Of a DNA stretch of 64,000 nt, positions 54,701 through 64,000 are shown piece after piece; positions within the stretch are counted from its first letter, which is position 1; each line of letters starts with the position of its first letter. Origin of the DNA: an uncultured bacterium (GTDB lineage Bacteria > Armatimonadota > UBA5829); NCBI GenBank assembly GCA_964611645.1, contig CAZTAO010000012.1:44688-108687 (forward strand). Direction: 5' to 3'. Below the pieces are notes generated by a model that saw only the letters and a list, made by a program, of their open reading frames with translations, made no database searches and had not been told where the DNA came from. The position numbers were made by a program, and so were the translations under genes.

Positions 54701-55195
54701 CTACAGTAGATCGACCAGAAAGAATCCTTCAATGACTGCAGGCACAATCACCCCGAGGACTATCAGCGCGACCCCAAGCGAGATTCGCCATCCGTTGTTG
54801 AGGCGGTTGGCAAGGTTGCCGACCGCCCATGTGCCAAGAACCGCGATGGCTGCTGCAACAGGGGCGACGAGCAACGCCTGGAGAGGCGGAGCATCTACTG
54901 CCTGGTGTGAGAGCATTCCCAGGAGGCCGCCCATCAAAGCTAGAGTGCCGGCGATGTAAAGGAAAACGGGATCACGGTAGCCGCGCACATTTGTTATCAG
55001 ACGCCAGCCGAGAATCACCGTCACAAACCCTGCCGACAATAGGATGGGGCCGAGAATGCCTGGGATCACAACGGCCAGAAACGCGACCATGGTCTGGAAG
55101 ACCAGCACCGCGACCATGCCCGAACAGCCTCCGGCGGCGAACTTGATCAATTGGGCCGGAATCAGGTCGTCTTTCTTCTCTTCATCGTTGCTCAC
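54701..55195 (-). CDS. Hypothetical integral membrane protein
   Basis: GTG 55195 lies 9 nt after GGAGG. It has 4-5 hydrophobic helices. I recognise no family. Confidence 0.5.
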   Translation of the reverse strand: MSNDEEKKDDLIPAQLIKFAAGGCSGMVAVLVFQTMVAFLAVVIPGILGPILLSAGFVTVILGWRLITNVRGYRDPVFLYIAGTLALMGGLLGMLSHQAVDAPPLQALLVAPVAAAIAVLGTWAVGNLANRLNNGWRISLGVALIVLGVIVPAVIEGFFLVDLL

Positions 55196-55303
55196 GGTTG
55201 ATATCCTCCTGAGCGGGCACACTATCCCGTTCCCATCTGCGACATCTGCGACATCTGCGGATAACCAAGTCCCTTCCAACACCTAACACCCAACACCCAT
55301 CAC

Positions 55304-57268
55304 CTAAACGATAACGCTAGGCCCTACCAGACCGGGGTATGTCATGCCGACATCCGGCACCCGGCCTTCTCTGCCGCTGCAGCAGGGGAGGCGCTTTTCC
55401 TCAAGTTCTTCTATCTTGTCGATCCGGCCTGAGAGGTAGTCTTCCAGCCTCATCGCGGTCGATTCCAGCCTTGCGATGATCCCGCCATATCTGCGGTCCA
55501 GAGCCTCCCAGCCGTTGGCTTTCCTGGTCGCGAACCAGACCTTGCGGTGCGCCTCGCGCAGCCGCTTCATCTTCAGCACGATCTTCGGGAGCACTCTAGA
55601 CTTCAGTTCCTCGAGTACGGCAGTATCTTTCGCGGCGTATGCATCCAGCAGCCTGATTCCCAGGTCGGCCTTGTCCTGCAAAACCTCCGCAAGCCTCAGC
55701 GCATAGTTCAGGCTCAATTCGGGCGCGCCGTCTTTCTTGAGCGCCTTTCGCAGGTTTCTTGCGAGCTTGAAGTAGTGATCGCTAAGTGGGATTCCCCGGA
55801 TCTGCTCATCGCACAGCCCCAGCAGAGGGTCCTGCCAGAGAATGAACTTGCTGGGGTTGGCCAGAACCCACTTCTTGCCGTCGTTGGCTATCTTCTTGTC
55901 CACAGACTCCGGCAGCGGCCAGCCTATCCTGTCCATGTACTCAGCCATCGATTCCAGCCCAGGGGTCTCATCCAGCTTGCAACCAAGCAGCCAGTCCGAC
56001 ATATCGGTCCCGCAGGAGCCTTTGAAAGTGCGCGCCATGCTCTTGTCGGTAACTTCCGAACTGTAGCCGTTGTCGGCGAAGTGCTGCAGGCCGGGGAACA
56101 TAGACATCGGGTCGCACTCCGCGCCGTCGTCGTACCAGGAGGTAGTGATGGCCTCGCGCACTCCTTTCTCCCTGCACGCGGCCATTCCGGCGTCTACATC
56201 CACCCGAGTCCTGGTGAAATTGAGCCACATGCCGTGCCACGTCCATACACCCGGCGCAAAGATAGGCTCCGAGCCAAGCTTGCGGTGACGGTCGATCCAC
56301 TCCAGGTAGAACTCTTTGTCGGGGTGGTAGTAGTCCCAATAGATAAGCTGCACATCCTTGGGTATGTCCTTGGCGACTCCCTTGGGGATGACTGCGTCCC
56401 AGTCGTAGTAGTCGTCGTTCTTGGAGCCGAGGCGGAAGTACATGTCGCTCCACATCATCGGCTTCAGTTTGAACTTGCGGGTGATCTCCACTACCTTGGC
56501 CAAGTGCTTGTTCATAATGTCGAAGCGCTTCTTGGGACCGTGAAGCTGCAGGTATCTGCCCAGGCCCAGTCCGTGGGCTTCGTCCATCCCGATGTGGATC
56601 CTCTTGGACCGGTAAGGCTCGCTGGCGGCCTTGACCATTTGCTCGATCAGTTCGTAGGTCCTGGGTTCATCGACCAGCAGGATGTCGCCGGTGTCTTTGA
56701 CTGATGTATACTCCGGCCAACGCAGCATCTGGGCGAGGTGACCGAGGGTCTGGATGCAGGGGACCATCTCGATGCCCAGGGTGTAGGCGTAGTTGTCCAG
56801 TTCCTTCTGCTCCGCCTGTGTGTATCTGCCCCGGAGGTAGCCGATGTAGGGCTGGCCCGGGACCTCGTAGGTCTCCTCGGCGTAGAGCTGGAGCATATTC
56901 ATCCCCATCAGCGCCATCCGCCGGAGGAGGAGCTTCACAAACCCGACAGTCGCGACCCCGTTCCGCGAGACATCGAGCATAAGCCCAAGGGTCTTGAATG
57001 AGGCGGTCTCGTAGTGCTGTTTGGGAATATCCCCGGATTCCATAAACCCCCGCAGCAAAGCCAGCGACCGAAGCATCTGGGGCAGATTGGCCCCGTGTAT
57101 CTCATAGACGCCGCCCTTGGTCGTGAACCCAGTCTTCCCGTGCGCCAGCTTGAAGCTCAGGTGCAGGGAACTCGCATTCCCCTTGACCCCGACGGGGAAG
57201 TCCTCGGAGATCAACTCCAAAGCGGCAACTACCGCCTCGGAAGTATGTGAACGATCATAGGTGAACAA
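55304..57268 (-). CDS. GH20-family beta-N-acetylhexosaminidase-like glycoside hydrolase
   Basis: TTG 57268 lies 9 nt after GGAGGG. LGLMLDVSRNG...MNMLQLYAEETY...VPCIQTLGHL...RIHIGMDEAHGLG is a GH20-type TIM barrel. Confidence 0.75.
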   Translation of the reverse strand: MFTYDRSHTSEAVVAALELISEDFPVGVKGNASSLHLSFKLAHGKTGFTTKGGVYEIHGANLPQMLRSLALLRGFMESGDIPKQHYETASFKTLGLMLDVSRNGVATVGFVKLLLRRMALMGMNMLQLYAEETYEVPGQPYIGYLRGRYTQAEQKELDNYAYTLGIEMVPCIQTLGHLAQMLRWPEYTSVKDTGDILLVDEPRTYELIEQMVKAASEPYRSKRIHIGMDEAHGLGLGRYLQLHGPKKRFDIMNKHLAKVVEITRKFKLKPMMWSDMYFRLGSKNDDYYDWDAVIPKGVAKDIPKDVQLIYWDYYHPDKEFYLEWIDRHRKLGSEPIFAPGVWTWHGMWLNFTRTRVDVDAGMAACREKGVREAITTSWYDDGAECDPMSMFPGLQHFADNGYSSEVTDKSMARTFKGSCGTDMSDWLLGCKLDETPGLESMAEYMDRIGWPLPESVDKKIANDGKKWVLANPSKFILWQDPLLGLCDEQIRGIPLSDHYFKLARNLRKALKKDGAPELSLNYALRLAEVLQDKADLGIRLLDAYAAKDTAVLEELKSRVLPKIVLKMKRLREAHRKVWFATRKANGWEALDRRYGGIIARLESTAMRLEDYLSGRIDKIEELEEKRLPCCSGREGRVPDVGMTYPGLVGPSVIV

Positions 57269-57343
57269 GAAGCCCCACCCTCCAATAATATAAGTCTGCC
57301 CTCAATGATAGCTTCAAGAGGAGATTTTCGGCAAGTGGGGGGA

Positions 57344-57958
57344 TCAGCGCGGCCCGGCGGTCTGAATGCTTACGAGCATGATGAGAGCTACCAGACTGGC
57401 CACCAGCATCAGCAAGTTCAGCCATGGCCTTATCTCATTCACGCTGCGTCCCGGCTTCATTACCCACGATTGGACTACGGGGCTGATGGATGTGGCGAGA
57501 GCACTGATAAACATGGAAGCGAGCGGTATGATATGGCGCCAGTTCACAGGGTTTTGCCCGGAATTCTGTTCGCCCGCCAGGTAGCAGAGCCTGGCCCATA
57601 GCGCCGCGATAGCAATGACCGCCACCCACTGCACCGGCATCGCCGATCTCTTCAGTTCACTCTCCGGAGGCGCGGAAGGCTTGAAGCCTGTCTCTGCAAT
57701 CTGCGTGATGACTTTGTCGACCCCGCCGGATGCGCTGAAGAGAATCTGCGCAGGGTATTCCGGCACGTTGTGGCGAATCCGCACCCCGGAACCCATGATG
57801 GAGCTGTACTTCTCGATGGCGATAACCTGCTCCGGGTAGAACACGTAGTTTCCCAGGATCACCACGTTCAATTCCAGTCGGTTCATGTCGGCTTTCAGCA
57901 CGGCCATCGGCCAACTCGCATTCACCAGACTGATCGAAGCCCCACCCCTGATTTCCAT
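57344..57958 (-). CDS. Membrane protein of unknown function (tandem paralogue 1)
   Basis: ATG 57958 (MEIRG...) lies 9 nt after GGAGG. It shares IRIRHNVPEYPAQILF, RSAMPV.W and LATSISP.VQSWV..PGRSV.EI.PWL with the 58039-58635 gene. Confidence 0.65.
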   Translation of the reverse strand: MEIRGGASISLVNASWPMAVLKADMNRLELNVVILGNYVFYPEQVIAIEKYSSIMGSGVRIRHNVPEYPAQILFSASGGVDKVITQIAETGFKPSAPPESELKRSAMPVQWVAVIAIAALWARLCYLAGEQNSGQNPVNWRHIIPLASMFISALATSISPVVQSWVMKPGRSVNEIRPWLNLLMLVASLVALIMLVSIQTAGPR

Positions 57959-58038
57959 AGCCAGCCGCCTCCACCTGTGCAAAGGTTAGCAGAGTTGGGG
58001 AGTGGGAGTCAATCAGACGATGGCTGCGGCCAGATCGG

Positions 58039-58635
58039 TCACAGAAGGGTAGTCACAGCCATGGCCAGGGTCATTCCACCCGAGATCAGGGCCAGAAACG
58101 TCAGCCACGGCTGAATCTCGGTGACACTGCGGCCAGGCTCCAGTACCCACGACTGCACTCTTGGGCTTATGGAGGTAGCAAGCGTGGTAATGAAGAGCAG
58201 CCCGACAGGCAGGAGATGGTACGGCGTCCAGTCCCCCGGATGCGCAGAATGCGAGTCTGCCAGAGCGAACAGGACATTCCACATAACGACGACAGCGATC
58301 ACAACGGACCATCGCACCGGCATCGCAGATCTTCTCTGGGCGCTTTCGCGAGGCGCGGCGGAGCGGAACCCCGTATCATATATCCGCTTCAGCAGATTGT
58401 GAGAGCTCAGGGTATAACAGCCAAACAGGATTTGAGCAGGATACTCCGGCACGTTGTGACGAATCCGAATTGCGGGATACCAGTACCACGGACATTGTCG
58501 TATAGATATCACCTGCTCGGGTGAGAAAGTGTACGTGGCTCCCCATCCGTTCACCACAAGGCAATCCGGAGTAACCGTCAGTTTGCTCCATCCGTCTCTC
58601 ATCCAGTTGATCATAGTATAGCCGCGCAGCTCCAA
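58039..58635 (-). CDS. Membrane protein of unknown function (tandem paralogue 2)
   Basis: TTG 58635 (MELRG...) lies 6 nt after AAGGAGG. It is a paralogue of the 57344-57958 gene. Confidence 0.65.
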   Translation of the reverse strand: MELRGYTMINWMRDGWSKLTVTPDCLVVNGWGATYTFSPEQVISIRQCPWYWYPAIRIRHNVPEYPAQILFGCYTLSSHNLLKRIYDTGFRSAAPRESAQRRSAMPVRWSVVIAVVVMWNVLFALADSHSAHPGDWTPYHLLPVGLLFITTLATSISPRVQSWVLEPGRSVTEIQPWLTFLALISGGMTLAMAVTTLL

Positions 58636-58749
58636 CGTGCTCCTCCTTACCGGCTTGTTTTCGTTAGCCTATCAGAGTCCACTCCGATCCGTCAACGTCA
58701 CCCCCACCATGCTATACTTATACCGTAATTCCCGTCGGAGGTGGTTCCC

Positions 58750-61700
58750 TTGCGATTCCTGTCACTGGTGCTGCTGGTTGCATGCTTCGTTCTGGCTTGC
58801 GTTCCCTGTGGGGCTAAGGTGTTGTTTCTGGCCCACTGGAATGACACGCTTACGGCTGAGGTCTCGGGTGGGAGCCCTAATGCGGCGCAGGTTGGTACTT
58901 TGCCTCAGACTGTTGGCGGCGGGTATCCGTTCGGCAACAGCATGCCTGCTATCGGGGGGCTTTCCATTACCGATGGCTCTGTATTGGGGTATGAGTCGGC
59001 GGGGAACATCCTGCCCAGGAGTGGGACTGTCGACTTCTGGATATACCTGCGCAAGGATTTCCAGGCGGGGCCTGAGACCCCTGAGCATTTCTTTGTCCTC
59101 AACAATGCCCCGACCGGCCAGCACACCTGGGCGAATGTGATGGCGCTGACCTACGGCGGCTGGAACCAGGTGCTTACATTCTACATCTCAGACTCAAAGA
59201 ACGACTGGGTTGCGGCGGTGGGTTGCACCGTGGACAAGTGGCGCGCGAATACCAAGTGGCACAGGATCGCGATCAGTTGGGACCCCAAGCGTATACGGAT
59301 GTTTGTCGACGGCAGGCTGGAGAAGGAAGAGGCCAATCCGAAGCTGCTGGAATCGATGCCGCCATACTTCTATATCGGCTCAAGCCGGGGCTGGCAGGCC
59401 TTCGCGCCGCACACTTTCGACGAGTTCCGAATCCTCGACCGGGAGCTTACCCAGCCGGAAGCCGCGTCAGACTACTACCGAACCTATGAGTTCACTGCGG
59501 ACGACCCCGGCGGGGCGCTCGACGCTTTCGAGCCTATAGACATATCATCGGTCGCGAAGACCCCATTTGAAGATGATCAGGCCAACGACCAGAAGGGCGG
59601 CTGGACCGACCAAGGCTCCGGCAACGATATGCGCTCCATCCCGCGGGGCGATATGACCATCAAGGACATGCCTTTCAAGATAGCCGACGGCTGCGTGGTG
59701 CTGGCGAACGCCGCGAGGCAGCATTACCCCCAGAGTGTGACTATACCGGTCGGCAAGAGTTACGGCGGCCTCTTGTTCCTGCACACGTCCGCCTGGATGC
59801 TTGCGGCGGATAGGGTTCCCGCGAAGTACGTTGTCCGATACGACGATGGAAGCTCGGTGGAGGTCCCGTGGCAGTCGCACCAGAACGTGGGTGACTGGTG
59901 GGTGGTGAGCGATCTTGTGAACGCGGCTGGGATCAAGCTGGGTTCCGGTGGGCAAAGCGACGGGACAGGGGCGTATCTGTTCTTCTGGAAGAACCCCAAC
60001 CCCGACAAAGGCATAAAGGACATCATCTTCGAGACTGCAAATGACGAGGCAATGCCGATACTGATAGCGATTACAGGTGTGAAACCCGGTATGGGCGAGC
60101 CTTTCTATAAGGGGCTGTCGCTGATAGCCAGTGTAAAGAGCGATGCAGCGGCTGAGTTTGCGGAGATGGCCTCGAAGTACCAGTCGAAGATCTCCGCGTT
60201 GGAGAAGATAGAGGCCGACCTGAAGGCGTTGAAGCTGCCGGCGTCAGCTTTCGATTCGTTCCATGGCAGAGAGGCTGCGCGGCGGTTGGATGAGTGTGGA
60301 GTCTACATAAAGGAACTTCGTGACCGGCAGGAGGAAATGGCCAAGGCTATCAAGACCACCGAAGTCGGGATGGCCTATGAACTTGGCAAGCAGATAACAT
60401 TTGTCGATTCCGCAGCCGAGATGCTCAAGATGGCCGGTGAACTCAAGGCCAAGGCAGCCCAGGAAAAGCCGATGCAGCCTTACACCCCCAAGTCTGCCGC
60501 CTACCCGAAGCAGGCTGAGAATGTGATCGGCAAGGCGGTCCGGGCGCAGATACTCCTCAATGGCACATGGGAGAAGAGCGAATCCACCGACCCCACAGAC
60601 CCCGGCAAAGAGTGGAAGCCATTCTATGTGCCGACCAAGAAGGGCGGCTGGGTGCGGCGGACGGTGGCCGTGCCTGCCGCGTGGAAGGGCAAGAGGGTTG
60701 AGCTTTGGATAGAGGCTGCGGGGCCGTTTGCGGAGGTCTACATCAATCGCCGCTTCGCCGGCAGGCATCTGGGGTTGGGGCCGTTTGGTATAGATGTGAC
60801 AAAGCAGACCGTGCCGGGGGCTGTGAACGAGGTTATGGTATATGCGTGGAGCATTCCCGAGCCCGCGAAGTACACCAGAGTCCCCTACGGCGGCTTCAAC
60901 GGTATCCATGAGGACATATGGCTGCGAGCAATGCCAAGGGTCAGCATTTCTAACTCCGACGCATACGCCCGGCTGGATTCCAAGAACACGTTCATCCTGA
61001 CTGGCAAGATCAACAACTGCAAGCCGGGCAAGACATATTCGCTGGCAGTCTCAGCGAACTCAGGTGCCTCAAAGCACGACTTCGGCAACTTCACCATCAA
61101 GCCTGCGGCGGATGGCTCGTTCGAGGTCCGTAAGCCCTGGCCGAAGCCTATCCTTTGGGGCATCGGCGGAGAGTATGGCAAGCCGAATCTCGTGTTCCTG
61201 AGGATGAAGCTGGCGGATGGCGGGAAGCAGCTTGACGACTACACCCTGCGCACCGGGTTCTCGAAGTTCGAGATTCGGGACAAGATATACTTCTACCTCA
61301 ACGGCAAGAAGATATTCCTGCAAGGCGACCACACGATGGCGCCGCCCTACGGGATATGGGGCACTACCTCGCGCAGCTTTATGACCCGATACTACCGCCT
61401 TGCCCGCGAGGCCAACTTCAACATCCAGCGGCCCCACTTTATCGATGGCGGCAACACCCAGCCTAGCCACCTGGACGTGGCGGATGAGCTTGGGTTTCTG
61501 GTTGAAAACGAAGGCTGCGGGGAGGGCGATTACGGCGACCCGGTGTTCCGCCGAAACGCAGAGGACTACTACACCCAGTTCGCCCGCAAGATCCGCACCC
61601 ATCCCAGCTCGGTCATCTTCTCGCTGCAGAACGAGCTTCTGATGAGCGTTGGCCCGCAGACCGAGGACGCGGTGAAGCTGTTTGTCCACCTGGAGAAGAT

Positions 61701-62565
61701 GCTGGAGAAGGAGATGCCGGGGGTTGTTCTCACGGAGCAGGGCAACAACTGGCGCAAGGAGTTCAAGACATTCGATGTCCACTACGCCATGGGCAAAGCG
61801 CTGGAGAACTGGCAGACGCGCGGAGACCGCCCCCTGATCAACGGCGAGTGGAGCATATATGAGGGCGGCTACTTCGATATGAACCACAAAGACAAAGCAG
61901 TGGCCGCCAAGGGCATGAAGACTGCGGCGGAGGGCTATGAGAAGGAGATCAGGAATGAGAAGGCGAACGGGGTCGCGGGCACTTTCCCATTCCCTGCCTA
62001 CTACCTCAGCTACTTCTGCACCTCCGACAAGAAGTTCATGGGGCCGTGGGCGGAGGAAATCAGCAAGATAGAGGTCGGATACATCCCAGGCCGCTGGTAT
62101 CTGCCCTATTACGTCAACTACGAGACCAAGGTCGACTGGCCGGCACTTTCCGGGAACGGAATGAGGATCGACACCACGCTTGCAGGCACCCAGGCGGACA
62201 ACATCAACTGGTTCGACCCGACCAGGGTAGAGGCCACCCCCAACGATGTCTACTACGCGTTCCAACGAGCATTCGACCCAATGCCCCCGCTGAGGCAGTT
62301 CATTAGTCCTGAGGCTATCGTAACCAAGCCCAAGGGTCAGGCGGACTACCCGGTCTGGAGCCAGAAGCAGGGCGAGACTGCGCTGGTAGGAGTGCTGCCG
62401 GATGCCGAGGGCAGGGCGTGGTTCGAGTTCCCATCAGCGGGAGCCTACAGGCTAATGCGGGCAGAAGCCTCCGGCTTTGCCAGCAAGGACCACGCCGCGA
62501 AGCTCAAGCCCCTGAAGCAGAAACCGGGGTATGGGTATATCGACAGAATACGGTTGGGGAATTAG
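58750..62565 (+). CDS. Large secreted glycoside hydrolase: LamG/concanavalin-like domain plus GH2-like sugar-binding, Ig-like and TIM-barrel domains
   Basis: Signal peptide: RFLSLVLLVACFVLACVPCGA. The LamG-like domain has GTVDFWIYL...WHRIAISWDPKRIRMFVDG...FDEFRILD. The GH2-like core has NFNIQRPHF...LDVADELGFLVENEG. TTG 58750 lies 8 nt after GGAGG. The track start is 58741. Confidence 0.7.
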   Translation: MRFLSLVLLVACFVLACVPCGAKVLFLAHWNDTLTAEVSGGSPNAAQVGTLPQTVGGGYPFGNSMPAIGGLSITDGSVLGYESAGNILPRSGTVDFWIYLRKDFQAGPETPEHFFVLNNAPTGQHTWANVMALTYGGWNQVLTFYISDSKNDWVAAVGCTVDKWRANTKWHRIAISWDPKRIRMFVDGRLEKEEANPKLLESMPPYFYIGSSRGWQAFAPHTFDEFRILDRELTQPEAASDYYRTYEFTADDPGGALDAFEPIDISSVAKTPFEDDQANDQKGGWTDQGSGNDMRSIPRGDMTIKDMPFKIADGCVVLANAARQHYPQSVTIPVGKSYGGLLFLHTSAWMLAADRVPAKYVVRYDDGSSVEVPWQSHQNVGDWWVVSDLVNAAGIKLGSGGQSDGTGAYLFFWKNPNPDKGIKDIIFETANDEAMPILIAITGVKPGMGEPFYKGLSLIASVKSDAAAEFAEMASKYQSKISALEKIEADLKALKLPASAFDSFHGREAARRLDECGVYIKELRDRQEEMAKAIKTTEVGMAYELGKQITFVDSAAEMLKMAGELKAKAAQEKPMQPYTPKSAAYPKQAENVIGKAVRAQILLNGTWEKSESTDPTDPGKEWKPFYVPTKKGGWVRRTVAVPAAWKGKRVELWIEAAGPFAEVYINRRFAGRHLGLGPFGIDVTKQTVPGAVNEVMVYAWSIPEPAKYTRVPYGGFNGIHEDIWLRAMPRVSISNSDAYARLDSKNTFILTGKINNCKPGKTYSLAVSANSGASKHDFGNFTIKPAADGSFEVRKPWPKPILWGIGGEYGKPNLVFLRMKLADGGKQLDDYTLRTGFSKFEIRDKIYFYLNGKKIFLQGDHTMAPPYGIWGTTSRSFMTRYYRLAREANFNIQRPHFIDGGNTQPSHLDVADELGFLVENEGCGEGDYGDPVFRRNAEDYYTQFARKIRTHPSSVIFSLQNELLMSVGPQTEDAVKLFVHLEKMLEKEMPGVVLTEQGNNWRKEFKTFDVHYAMGKALENWQTRGDRPLINGEWSIYEGGYFDMNHKDKAVAAKGMKTAAEGYEKEIRNEKANGVAGTFPFPAYYLSYFCTSDKKFMGPWAEEISKIEVGYIPGRWYLPYYVNYETKVDWPALSGNGMRIDTTLAGTQADNINWFDPTRVEATPNDVYYAFQRAFDPMPPLRQFISPEAIVTKPKGQADYPVWSQKQGETALVGVLPDAEGRAWFEFPSAGAYRLMRAEASGFASKDHAAKLKPLKQKPGYGYIDRIRLGN

Positions 62566-62614
62566 CAGGCACACCCATCATCCTGAGCCTGTCGAAGGAT
62601 GCGCGTGAGTTGAG

Positions 62615-62660
62615 GTGTTTCGGGATTTGAGCGGAGCCTGCGGAGCGGAAATCCCGAAAC
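62615..62660. repeat. Family A REP-like hairpin
   Basis: GTGTTTCGGGATTTGAGCGGAGCCTGCGGAGCGGAAATCCCGAAAC, located 50 nt after the GH2 stop. It is preceded by a CATCATCCTGAGCCTGTCGAAGGATGCG element. Confidence 0.85.
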
Positions 62661-62685
62661 AGACTGGCGCAACGAGGTAACAGCA

Positions 62686-64000
62686 ATGCAGCGAATTGAG
62701 CCAATCCGGTTCCTCTCTCCCGAGGAGATGCAGCGCATACACGAGGCGGCAAAGCACATCCTTGAGAGAGTTGGGATTAAGGTGGAGAGCGCGGTGGCTC
62801 GGGAGTATCTGGCGGGGGCGGGGTGCTTGGTGGATAATGACTCCTGCCTGGTGCGGTTCCCGGAGTCTCTGGTGGAAGAGAATGTGGCTCGGATGCGGGC
62901 TCAATACTCTAATCCGCAGCGAGTGCCCCGGCGGATGGGGGTGCGGTATTCACAGATTCAGTTCACCGGTTCTGAGTTCCGGGTGCATCCGGACTTTTCG
63001 CTGAGCGCCGGGGGGTTCTGCTGCTTTGCTGCCGGGCTTGATGGCGGGAAGCGCCTTGCCACACTCGACGACACCCGCGCGGCGCTTCGGTTGGCTAATG
63101 CTCTTCCGGAGATCACGTTCACCGGTATACCGTGCGCGGCGCAGGATGTGCCGCTTTCTCTGCGACCTATCAAGATGGCGGCGGAGTTGGCTAAGGCTAC
63201 CCGCAAGTTCGGCGGGGTCGAGGTGTTCAATCTGTTTGATATCGAGTATGTCACGCGGATTGCGGCGGTTGTGGCTGGCGGCGAGGAGCAACTCAAGCGG
63301 AATCCGATAATGGTCGGGTATGGGGAAGCTCGGAGCCCGCTGTGTTTGGATGCGGTGATGTCGGATATCTTCATTGAATACATCCGCCGAGGGATGCCCC
63401 AAAGTCTGGACACAATGCCCTGCAGCGGGACTACCGCGCCGGGCAGCATCGCGGGGACGCTGGTTCAGGGGATTGCGGAGACGCTGGCGGGGCTGTGCCT
63501 GGGGTATGCGGTGGATAACGACGCGACTCTGGCGGTGGACATTGTGCCCAGCTTCCCCGACAAGCGCAGCATGCTCTTCAGCTACGGCAGCATCTTCCGC
63601 CAGCGGTGGATCGCTTGCCGGGTGCAGATGATCAGCGAGTTCTACGGCTGCCCCAGCGGAATACACGGCTCCAAGACCGATAGCTGCTTCCATGACATCC
63701 AGGCAGGCGTGGAGAAAGCGACCTCGATCCTGATGCCGGTGCTTGCTGGAGCTATCGGTATAGGCACAGCAGGCCACCTGGAGAATGCGCTGACCTTCTC
63801 CCCCGCCCAGTTGGTCATAGATGCCGAGATAGCCCGATGCGTGCGCCGGATGCTGCGAGGGGTGGAAGTGACCGACCGCACCCTCGCCCTGGACCTCATC
63901 GAGCGAGTAGGCCCCAACGGAAGTTTTCTCGTGGACGACGACAACCTCGACCTGATGATGGATGAGCTGGACCACTCAGACCTCTTCGCCTGCCAACCGT
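62686..64000 (+). CDS. MttB superfamily methyltransferase-like protein. The 3' end is cut by the window edge. Absent from the supplied ORF track.
   Basis: ATG 62686 lies 8 nt after GAGG. My own translation has no stop through position 64000: MQRIEPIRFLSPEEMQRIHEAAKHILERVGIKVESAVAREYLAGAGCLVD...CSGTTAPGSIAGTLVQGIAETLAGLCLGY. The N-terminus and the G.TAP...G.LVQ..AE.LAG segment are MttB-like. Confidence 0.75.
   Translation, partial: MQRIEPIRFLSPEEMQRIHEAAKHILERVGIKVESAVAREYLAGAGCLVDNDSCLVRFPESLVEENVARMRAQYSNPQRVPRRMGVRYSQIQFTGSEFRVHPDFSLSAGGFCCFAAGLDGGKRLATLDDTRAALRLANALPEITFTGIPCAAQDVPLSLRPIKMAAELAKATRKFGGVEVFNLFDIEYVTRIAAVVAGGEEQLKRNPIMVGYGEARSPLCLDAVMSDIFIEYIRRGMPQSLDTMPCSGTTAPGSIAGTLVQGIAETLAGLCLGYAVDNDATLAVDIVPSFPDKRSMLFSYGSIFRQRWIACRVQMISEFYGCPSGIHGSKTDSCFHDIQAGVEKATSILMPVLAGAIGIGTAGHLENALTFSPAQLVIDAEIARCVRRMLRGVEVTDRTLALDLIERVGPNGSFLVDDDNLDLMMDELDHSDLFACQP

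Noticed and set aside
1-64000. tRNA, rRNA, tmRNA or riboswitch genes
   Set aside because: Scanning by eye found no T-loop-type GGTTCGA(A/T)TCC context and no rRNA-like stretch in the intergenic regions. This is a weak negative. tRNAscan-SE or Infernal should be run to confirm it.

Overview
High-GC (roughly 58-60% by eye) bacterial chromosomal segment with about 55 protein-coding genes. I saw no rRNA, tRNA or CRISPR array. The gene content includes a prepilin-type H-X9-DG protein, an ECF sigma/anti-sigma pair, many CBM-bearing glycoside hydrolases, RNase Y and a cinA-thpR-recA-recX cluster. This suggests an Armatimonadota- or Planctomycetota-like glycan degrader (low confidence).

Layout:
- 1-5.7 kb: an untracked Cys-rich repeat gene, a GH42-like hydrolase and msrBA.
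- 8.3-13.7 kb: three co-directional sensor kinases. One is a multi-PAS hybrid kinase interrupted by an in-frame TAG. One has lost its H-box histidine.
- 14-19 kb: a secreted paralogue pair, a HIT protein, a TrxR-like protein and two SDRs.
- 19.4-27.1 kb: a CUT1 sugar ABC operon.
- 28-33 kb: MFS, MttB-like and LacI genes.
- 34-39.3 kb: rny-recX-recA-thpR-cinA.
- 41.4-43.7 kb: an ECF sigma module.
- 43.9-62.6 kb: a glycan-utilisation island (FucI-like, CBM32/DUF4091-like, BNR, beta-helix, GH20, LamG-GH2).
- 62.7 kb to the end: a second, untracked MttB-like gene.

Most interesting: a tightly packed four-gene operon (25679 to 21152, minus strand) sits between the binding-protein gene and the permease genes of the ABC operon. 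It has its own near-consensus promoter. It encodes an orphan protein, a Walker-A-less paralogue of a P-loop ATPase, a DUF2791/BrxD-like P-loop ATPase and a compact SNF2 helicase. The ATPase plus helicase core resembles Shango and the BREX accessory modules. There is no TerB protein, methyltransferase, PglZ or nuclease, so it is a candidate undescribed defence-type system.

Several families of short hairpin-forming interspersed repeats fill the intergenic regions. All domain calls come from reading the translations and recalling family motifs. No database search was run.
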